Assembly: GCA_965205655.1 (NCBI GenBank)
Contig: CBDBIJ010000018.1
Location: 1 to 35,777, forward strand
Origin: Candidatus Latescibacterota bacterium
GTDB lineage: Bacteria; Latescibacterota; UBA2968; UBA8231
Reading direction: 5' to 3'
DNA length: 35,777 nt
Shown here: one piece after another, positions 29,025 through 35,777 of the stretch
Numbering within the stretch: the first letter of the stretch is position 1
How the letters are laid out: each line of letters starts with the position of its first letter
Program-made: the position numbers and the translations under genes
Notes under the pieces: model-generated
The model's input: only the letters and a program-made list of their open reading frames with translations
What the model was told of the DNA's origin: nothing
Database searches by the model: none

Positions 29025-31631
29025 ATGACTGGCAGCACAACACACTATATTGCAGTCACGATATCCATAACCATCGCTCTATCGAGCTTGTTGCCAGGTG
29101 CCGCACGGGCGCAGACACTGCCCGCCGAGCAGCATCCGAGTCTGTTGTTTACGGCCGACGACATTCCCGAGCTGAAGGAGCGTATACAGCGGGAGCCGTA
29201 CGCCACATGGTGGCAGACGGTGTTGAGTCGCGCCGAATCGACGCCGGATAGCTTCAGCGACGAACGCAGCAAGGCCCGTTTCGCCAAGAGCCTGGCCTTT
29301 GCCTACCTGATGACGGACGATGTCGCGCATGCCGAGCGCGCGGTCGAGTTGCTCGAGGAGATGCAGTTTCCGCCCCGGGCCGGAGACCTCGGGGAGCCGC
29401 ACAACGAGGGCGAAGTTGTAGCCATCTACGCGGTGGCGTATGACATGATCCACGATTTCGTCGCTGCGGACGCCCAGTCACTCGAGGAGATCCGCACTAT
29501 CCTGGCCGAGGAGGCCCAGCGCCTCTACGACGGGATCGTAATCCTCGTTATTCCGATTCCGTTCCTGGCCGACATAGTGATCCGTCTACACGAGACACCC
29601 GACCCGCGGGATCTGGGAGTGCTCCATCTCGGCAACTGGCACGTACGCGCATACGGCGGTCTGGGCCTGGCGGCTCTAGCGTTGAGCGATCACGCAGGCC
29701 TGGGCAACACGCCGCAAGAGTGGTCCGACCGGGCATTCGACCTGGTCACGAGGTCCCTGTGGCACCAGATCGACGAAACCGACGGCGGCTACGCCGAGGG
29801 CCCATTCTACAGCCGCTACGCCGCCGATGTGTACCTGCCGTACATGTTCGCACTGAAGGATCTGACGGGAACCGATTTGCTCACTGACGCGCGCGTCCGG
29901 AAGATGCACGATTGGTCGTTGAACCTGAGGCTGCCCAACGGCCGCCGACCCAATATCGAGGACGGCCACGTAGATGACTTCTACGGTCACTACCTGTCCG
30001 CAGTGTATGAGGACGGCGGGGTGAATCGCTGGGACTGGGAAAACAACGGCCGGGGGCTGTACGTGCGCGAGTTCTCGGAGGCGGACGCCATCGCCATATA
30101 CGACGACAGTATCGTGGCGCGCGAACCCGATCGCGGGCCGACGATCTTCATGCCAGAAGCAGGCGACGCCGTCTTTCGCAGCGACTGGTCAGCAGACGCC
30201 ACCTACATGCTCCTGCGGGGCGAACACGGGCGTGCGCGGGCGCAGGGCCTGGGGCACGAGCACGCTGACGAGACGAGCTTCATCATCTACGCCGGCGGTG
30301 AGATGCTCGCTCTCGATTCGGGCTACATCAACTTCGCCAACCACAACAGGGTCAACCGGGGCGAGAATCACAATGTCATTCTCGTGGATGGAGAAGGGCC
30401 GCCCAACACCATCATCGACGGCGAGTCCATAGACGGTGGTAACGACGCCTTCATCGAGCAGTTTTTCACCAGCACCTTCTCGGACTATGCGGAGGTGAGC
30501 ACCTCGTACGCCGGCGTCGACGTCCGTCGGCGCGTGCTGTTTGCAGACGGGTCATACTTCGTCCTTGCCGACGAGCTCAGAGATGACCAGGCACACATCT
30601 ACAAATTCCTCCTGCACGGCCACGGTGGTGGCAACAGTGGCGGCACGTACGCAAGGGTCGGTAGCTTGGCGCGATGGACCCAGACCGACGCCGAACTGCT
30701 CGCCTACATGCCGACCGAGGCGGCACTGACTTTCAGCGAAGAGGAGGCCGTGCACTCGTTCGACTTCCTGGAGGAGCCGACTCACACTGTGTTGCAGGCC
30801 GAGCAAAGCGGAGACAACGCAGAGTTTCTGACCGTTCTTTACCCGCGGTCTCTGGATGGAGTCGAGCCCTCTTTCGCGGATGTCACGACCGAGGGCGGAC
30901 AGGCTGTGAGGGTCACGATCGACGCCGGCCAGGATGTCGCCTGGGTGCGGAACGCGGCGGCCGCGGAAGTCGGCTTCGACAGCCCGGCCGGCGACACCCG
31001 CAGCGACGGCGTTTTCGGTCTGGCGCGCTTCGATGGGCAGGACGTGAGCGCGTTCAGTGTTCAGGACGGAACGTTTCTGAAGGCCGGAGGATCGACACCC
31101 TTCCTCGCGACCGAGGCGGTGGACATCAGCATTGAGGCCGCACAAAACAGCCTGGCCGGTTTCGTGCGCGGTCCTGAATCCGGGTATGAGCTCTCCGTGC
31201 CTCTCGTCGGATCGGTCGAATCGGCCGACTTCACCGGCACGCTGGAGGGTACCTCCGTGAGTGACGGCATCCTGACTCTACAGCTGGCCGGCGAGGGCAA
31301 ACTCACGTTGTCGATCGCGACGGGCGTCAAGGAGCAACTGGAAGGACTACCGGCCGATTACCAACTGCTGCAGAACTATCCCAATCCGTTCAACGCGGGC
31401 ACGACCATCGTCTACCAGGTGCCGGAGGAAACGAGAGTTGATCTCGCCGTCTTCAACCTGACGGGACAACGGGTGAAGACCCTGGTCGACGATGTAAAGG
31501 CGGCCTCCATACATCAGGTACACTGGGACGGCACCGACGCGACGGGTGCGCCTGTGGGAAGTGGAGCATATCTCTACCGCATGCGCGCCGGCGACCATCT
31601 GCAGACGCGGAGTCTTCTTCTGCTCAAATAG
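29025..31631 (+). CDS. Secreted heparinase II/III-like polysaccharide lyase (DUF4962-like helical domain) with FlgD/T9SS-type C-terminal domain
   Basis: Signal peptide (ARA-Q), HPSLLF, GNWH, DGGYAEG..Y..Y, GHEHADETSF, HNVILVDG; C-terminal LLQNYPNPFN...WDG-x-D...SG-x-Y-x-YR. Confidence 0.85.
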   Translation: MTGSTTHYIAVTISITIALSSLLPGAARAQTLPAEQHPSLLFTADDIPELKERIQREPYATWWQTVLSRAESTPDSFSDERSKARFAKSLAFAYLMTDDVAHAERAVELLEEMQFPPRAGDLGEPHNEGEVVAIYAVAYDMIHDFVAADAQSLEEIRTILAEEAQRLYDGIVILVIPIPFLADIVIRLHETPDPRDLGVLHLGNWHVRAYGGLGLAALALSDHAGLGNTPQEWSDRAFDLVTRSLWHQIDETDGGYAEGPFYSRYAADVYLPYMFALKDLTGTDLLTDARVRKMHDWSLNLRLPNGRRPNIEDGHVDDFYGHYLSAVYEDGGVNRWDWENNGRGLYVREFSEADAIAIYDDSIVAREPDRGPTIFMPEAGDAVFRSDWSADATYMLLRGEHGRARAQGLGHEHADETSFIIYAGGEMLALDSGYINFANHNRVNRGENHNVILVDGEGPPNTIIDGESIDGGNDAFIEQFFTSTFSDYAEVSTSYAGVDVRRRVLFADGSYFVLADELRDDQAHIYKFLLHGHGGGNSGGTYARVGSLARWTQTDAELLAYMPTEAALTFSEEEAVHSFDFLEEPTHTVLQAEQSGDNAEFLTVLYPRSLDGVEPSFADVTTEGGQAVRVTIDAGQDVAWVRNAAAAEVGFDSPAGDTRSDGVFGLARFDGQDVSAFSVQDGTFLKAGGSTPFLATEAVDISIEAAQNSLAGFVRGPESGYELSVPLVGSVESADFTGTLEGTSVSDGILTLQLAGEGKLTLSIATGVKEQLEGLPADYQLLQNYPNPFNAGTTIVYQVPEETRVDLAVFNLTGQRVKTLVDDVKAASIHQVHWDGTDATGAPVGSGAYLYRMRAGDHLQTRSLLLLK

Positions 31632-31727
31632 AAATTCCCGTCCTCATCTGACCGACGCCATCTTGCGTCAAAGAGCGAGTAGGCGGTCGTGCATTGTTGC
31701 TGTATTCATCAGGTAGGAACCGCCGAG

Positions 31728-32114
31728 TTACTTCTCTATTGAGAGCGGGTAGCGCTCACGGAGGTTCAGATGCCAGATCGCGGCCAGTCGGTCTGGATCG
31801 AGTAGCCGACCTCTGGTAACCGATCTCAGGCGGTCGTAGTACGCGGCGAGTCGAGGGTTCTCAATCAAGTTCCGATCGGCTGCCAGCGATTTCACGTATC
31901 GCGATGGCACTTCCCTGCGAAAATGTCCGATGCGCCAGTCGGAGTCGTCAGCCCGGGTCTTCGAGAGCAGCGGATCTGTGAGGCCGAAGGGGTCCACAAT
32001 GTGGACCCCTTGCCCGGCAAAGAAGCCGAAGTATCCGACAGTGTAATATACCATGACCAGGACCTTCTCCTCTCGGGCCCAGATTCCCCTCTGCGCCCAG
32101 GGATGCTCCTCGAG
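31728..32114 (-). pseudogene. 3' fragment of a membrane glycosyltransferase-like (AftB-like C-terminus) gene cut by IS256
   Basis: Open frame from IS boundary: VGYFG..IVDPFGLTDPLL..WRIGHFRREVP..Y. Confidence 0.65.
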
Positions 32115-33543
32115 CGCTTTGTCCCGATCTTAGTTGAAACAGCACAGGCTCCAATCGTTACGTTTTGATACGAGAAGCCCGTTGGAAGAAGTCTCGCATC
32201 GGTAACGATGGGGAGCCTGCAATGAGCAAGCTAGTAGCACGGAAGAAGGGCGTCAAACGAACGGTGAGCATCGGCAAGGTAGCACCCGAGACTGCAGAGC
32301 AAGTAGAGGACCTGGATGGCCGGATCGAGGCGATCCAATGGCTGATTCCCTTGGGGCTGCAGGCGGTCGCGGAGGAGCTGCAAAGAGCGGTCGTTGAGTT
32401 GGCTGGGCCGCGGTATCAGCGCAAGGGGTCGGATCAGCCGTTACGCCGCTGGGGGTCTCAGCTCGGGTCGGTGTACCTGGCCGACCAGAAACTACCCGTC
32501 GATGTGCCGCGGGTGCGCAACGTGGCCAACCATACCGAGGTCCCGCTGGATGTTTACCAGGCACTGCAGACGCCTCGACAGATGGACGAAGGTCTGCTGT
32601 TGCGGATGCTGAAGGGCATCGCCACGCGCAACTACGAGGCCTGCGCTGAGGCCGTACCCGAGGCCTTTGGTCTGTCATCCTCATCGGTGTCCCGTCGTTA
32701 CGTGAAAGGCACGGCTCGAAAGCTGGCTGAATTCCAGGAGCGATCCCTGGAAGGATATGATCTGGTGGCGCTATTCCTCGACGGCAAGAGCTTCGCGGAC
32801 GAGGAGATCATCATCGCCCTGGGCGTCACCCTCGACGGACAGAAGATTCCTCTTGGCTTCGTGCAGGCGGCCACGGAAAACGAGCGCGTCTGCCGTCGCT
32901 TCCTGTCCGATCTGGTCGAACGCGGTATGCAGTACGAAGCCGGACTGTTGGTCGTCATCGACGGCGCCAAGGGGCTTTACAAGGCGGTGATGTCGGTGCT
33001 CAAAGGACATGCCTGCGTGCAGCGCTGCCAGTATCACAAGCGCCAGAACGTCGTGTCGTATCTGTCCAAAAGCGAGCAGTCCGGTATGGGTCGCAAGATG
33101 GAGGCGGCCTACGGCAAACCGAGATACGAGGCGGCCAAGGCGGCACTGGACGCGCTCAAACCGGGCTTGAAGTTGATGAATCAGTCCGCCCTACACAGCC
33201 TCGAGGAAGGCATGGAAGAGACCCTCACACTCCATCGGTTGGGACTGACGCCGATGCTCAAGGATTCCTTCCGCACCACCAACTGCATCGAGAACGTCAA
33301 CAGTCTCCTGGAGCAGCTCACACACAACGTGCGACGCTGGACCAACTCATCACAGCGTCACCGTTGGGTAGCCACGGCACTGCTCGACATCGAACCACGT
33401 CTGCGCAGGGTCAAGGGCTATCGCCATCTGCCGATGCTCCGGCAAGCCATACAAGCCGAACTCGGCATCAAACAGCTCGCGATGATGGGCTGACACACTC
33501 ACCCGAGCCTGTGATTTGTTTCAACTGAAACTGGGCCTTGACC
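32115..33543 (+). mobile_element. IS256-family element, copy 2
   Basis: Near-identical to copy 1 (four substitutions seen by eye). Confidence 0.92.
32222..33493 (+). CDS. IS256-family transposase
   Basis: Protein identical to copy 1. Confidence 0.93.
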   Translation: MSKLVARKKGVKRTVSIGKVAPETAEQVEDLDGRIEAIQWLIPLGLQAVAEELQRAVVELAGPRYQRKGSDQPLRRWGSQLGSVYLADQKLPVDVPRVRNVANHTEVPLDVYQALQTPRQMDEGLLLRMLKGIATRNYEACAEAVPEAFGLSSSSVSRRYVKGTARKLAEFQERSLEGYDLVALFLDGKSFADEEIIIALGVTLDGQKIPLGFVQAATENERVCRRFLSDLVERGMQYEAGLLVVIDGAKGLYKAVMSVLKGHACVQRCQYHKRQNVVSYLSKSEQSGMGRKMEAAYGKPRYEAAKAALDALKPGLKLMNQSALHSLEEGMEETLTLHRLGLTPMLKDSFRTTNCIENVNSLLEQLTHNVRRWTNSSQRHRWVATALLDIEPRLRRVKGYRHLPMLRQAIQAELGIKQLAMMG

Positions 33544-33577
33544 TCCGTAACCAGCAGGGATGATATCGCTGGAACTA

Positions 33578-34754
33578 GTGTATTGTCGTATAAATAACTT
33601 GTACTAGTACAGTTGTGTGGTTAAGTTTCATCCAGACCTATTCCACAAACAAGGAACGGAGGAAACTCATGCCACGCGGACGCTTTCTTCCACCTCTCGA
33701 AATGACGGGGCAAACTCGGCAGCAATTGGAATCAATGGCCAAATCTCGATCCCTGCCGCACGGTTTGGTGCGACGCGCCGAGATCGTGTTGCTGGCCGCC
33801 GAGGGATGGCCCAACAAGGCCATCGGCGAAGCTGTGGGGCTGTCACAAGTGACCGTCGGCAAGTGGCGTCGTCGCTTCGTGGAAAACGGCCTCAACGGGT
33901 TGTACGACGAGCTGCGACCCGGTGCGCCCCGATCGATCTCGGACGAACAAGTGGCCGAGGTGGTATACAAGACACTGAAGACCAAGCCGGAGGACAAAAC
34001 CCAGTGGACGGTGCGCTCCATGGGCGAGGAGACCGGCCTGACCAAGGACGCGGTCCATCGCATCTGGCGCACATTCGGCTTACAGCCGCACCGGACCCAG
34101 AATTTCAAGCTGTCCACTGATCCTTTCTTCGTGGATAAGGTGCGCGATGTTGTGGGCTTGTATCTCAACCCGCCCGACCATGCCGTCGTCCTGTGCGTTG
34201 ACGAGAAGAGCCAAGTGCAGGCTCTGGAGCGCAGTCAGCCGTTGCTGCCGCTGGGCCTGGGCTACGCGGAGGGCGTCACCCACGACTACAAGCGACACGG
34301 CACCACAACGCTGTTTGCCGCTCTGGATGTGGCCACCGGTGAAGTCCTGACTCAGTGCAAGCCTCGTCATCGCCATCAGGAGTTTTTGCAGTTCCTACGC
34401 CATATCGACGCGAACGTGCCTGCGGATCTGGACGTTCACTTGATCGTCGACAACTACGGCACCCACAAGTACGCCAGCGTCAAGAAGTGGTTGGCCAGCC
34501 GGCCCCGATTCCACCTCCACTTTACTCCGACCTACGCCTCGTGGCTCAACCAGGTCGAGATCTGGTTCAACATCATCACGCGGCGAGCCATCCGGCGTGG
34601 CTCATTCCGCAAGGTCAAAGAGCTCATTCAGAGGATCGAGCGCTACACCGACAAATGGAACGCCAACGCCCATCCCTTTGGGTGGACGGCCACGGCCGAC
34701 TCGATCCTTGCCAAGGTCAAACGAATATGTCACTGTATTTCTGCGACGGAACAC
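33578..34754 (+). mobile_element. IS630-family insertion sequence (1177 bp)
   Basis: IRs GTGTATTGTCGTATAAATA vs reverse complement GTGTTCCGTCGCAGAAATA; TA duplicated (33576-77, 34755-56) within a CTAG site. Confidence 0.93.
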
Positions 34755-34757
34755 TAG
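33669..34757 (+). CDS. IS630-family transposase
   Basis: [39 protein letters not shown]; stop TAG supplied by the target site. Confidence 0.95.
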   Translation: MPRGRFLPPLEMTGQTRQQLESMAKSRSLPHGLVRRAEIVLLAAEGWPNKAIGEAVGLSQVTVGKWRRRFVENGLNGLYDELRPGAPRSISDEQVAEVVYKTLKTKPEDKTQWTVRSMGEETGLTKDAVHRIWRTFGLQPHRTQNFKLSTDPFFVDKVRDVVGLYLNPPDHAVVLCVDEKSQVQALERSQPLLPLGLGYAEGVTHDYKRHGTTTLFAALDVATGEVLTQCKPRHRHQEFLQFLRHIDANVPADLDVHLIVDNYGTHKYASVKKWLASRPRFHLHFTPTYASWLNQVEIWFNIITRRAIRRGSFRKVKELIQRIERYTDKWNANAHPFGWTATADSILAKVKRICHCISATEH

Positions 34758-35024
34758 TGGGCCGTTAAGGAACGAACCTTGTGTGCGGACGCCGATCCAT
34801 CCCGTCTCGCGGCGTTAACCGAATCGCCTTGTCCGATTCGGCCACGTCCCTGTGCTCCCTCGCCGTATTCTATCAATACGGCTCTTTCCAGCGCCTTGCG
34901 GCGGTAAGGCGCGTCGGCGACCTCATTTCACAAGGCCTGCTCCTCAAGCGGCGCACTGATGGGTTTTCAGACAGGCTTGGGGAATGCCATGATCGGGAGC
35001 GGTATGTTGCCGGATGCTACCGAG

Positions 35025-35777
35025 CTAGTACAGCACGCTCTGCGCATACCCAAGAAACACGCGCACGAAAATCGACGTCGTGTCGTAGCTCTCCAGGACG
35101 CGGAATTCGTCCTTGAACTCCTTCTTTTCCTGCTGGATCCCCAGATTGGTGGAGATCCGATACCCCGAATAATCCGACATGTTGGAGAGGACGACCGTCA
35201 TCGTCTGCCGCTCGAAGCTGTCGCGCGGCTCGGCCAGATCGGTCTCCTCAAACCACCAGCCCGGAACCCCCTGAAAACCCGCCTTCAGCTCCGTCGCCGG
35301 GGAAAGCTCATAGTGGGCCATGACGATGGGGACGACCGTGTGGGTGTGGACCAACGCCCGGCCTGTCCGCTGCCGGGTCCGCTTCAACCACAGTCCTTTC
35401 AGGGCCGGCTGCAGCGTCAGTGCCCCGATGCGCCAGGTGTGGTCGGCTTGCTGCACCCACGCCAGGGAACGAATCCGGTCCTTGGCTTGCTCCGAACCGT
35501 CCCCGAGCCGACCCCCACGCTGACGGTTGTGTTCCAGCTTCATCCGGGTGGTGATCCGCCAGCCGGGAAGCCACCTCAGGATGCCCGAGACGTACAACCG
35601 GTTCACCAGGCTGTTGCGGTAGGTCAACGGATCGGTGACGAACGTCGGCCGATACGCAAATCGCCCCGACCTGGTCGTCAAAAACTGTCGATCGATCGGC
35701 GCGGGGGACGCCGTCCAGCTGAACACATCATCCGGCACATCGTCCCACACCCGCTTCAGCTCATCCTCGATCATCCA
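35025..35777 (-). CDS. C-terminal part of a large hypothetical protein (beta-strand-rich, possibly outer-membrane)
   Basis: Open frame from window edge; alternating amphipathic strands ending SIFVRVFLGY. Confidence 0.7.
   Translation of the reverse strand, partial: WMIEDELKRVWDDVPDDVFSWTASPAPIDRQFLTTRSGRFAYRPTFVTDPLTYRNSLVNRLYVSGILRWLPGWRITTRMKLEHNRQRGGRLGDGSEQAKDRIRSLAWVQQADHTWRIGALTLQPALKGLWLKRTRQRTGRALVHTHTVVPIVMAHYELSPATELKAGFQGVPGWWFEETDLAEPRDSFERQTMTVVLSNMSDYSGYRISTNLGIQQEKKEFKDEFRVLESYDTTSIFVRVFLGYAQSVLY

Larger units (their letters stand above)
27164..33543 (+). mobile_element. Composite transposon: IS256-cargo-IS256 (6380 bp)
   Basis: Two directly oriented 1429-bp IS copies; TCCGTAA at 27157-27163 and 33544-33550; inner flanks do not match. 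Confidence 0.85.

Noticed and set aside
34781..35116. 111-aa plus-strand ORF after IS630
   Set aside because: No RBS or motifs, overlaps the convergent gene, and lies over hairpin-rich intergenic DNA.

Overview
GC-rich bacterial chromosomal window. The FlgD/T9SS-type C-terminal domain, expanded uncharacterised beta-propeller families and CehA/McbA-type hydrolase suggest an FCB-group organism such as Latescibacterota (inference only). It holds a small housekeeping core (guaA, tyrS, tRNA-Val(TAC), a lone exbB/tolQ-like gene) within catabolic genes: beta-propeller hydrolases, a PTER-like amidohydrolase, SDR, Gfo/Idh/MocA, 2OG-Fe(II) oxygenase, FAD oxidoreductase, two tandem beta-helix proteins, an RG-lyase-like protein and a heparinase II/III-like lyase. 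There are five IS copies from four families (IS1380 partial, IS30, 2x IS256, IS630). The best-supported unusual structure is a 6.38-kb IS256 composite transposon (27164-33543). It is bounded by a TCCGTAA target duplication, carries an intact secreted heparinase-like lyase plus two clipped gene fragments, and sits 25 bp upstream of another lyase-like gene. About a dozen frameshifts, two of them in the normally essential tyrS, indicate sequencing indels and/or gene decay. No CRISPR array, rRNA, prophage or defence system was recognised. All family assignments are by motif recognition, not database search.
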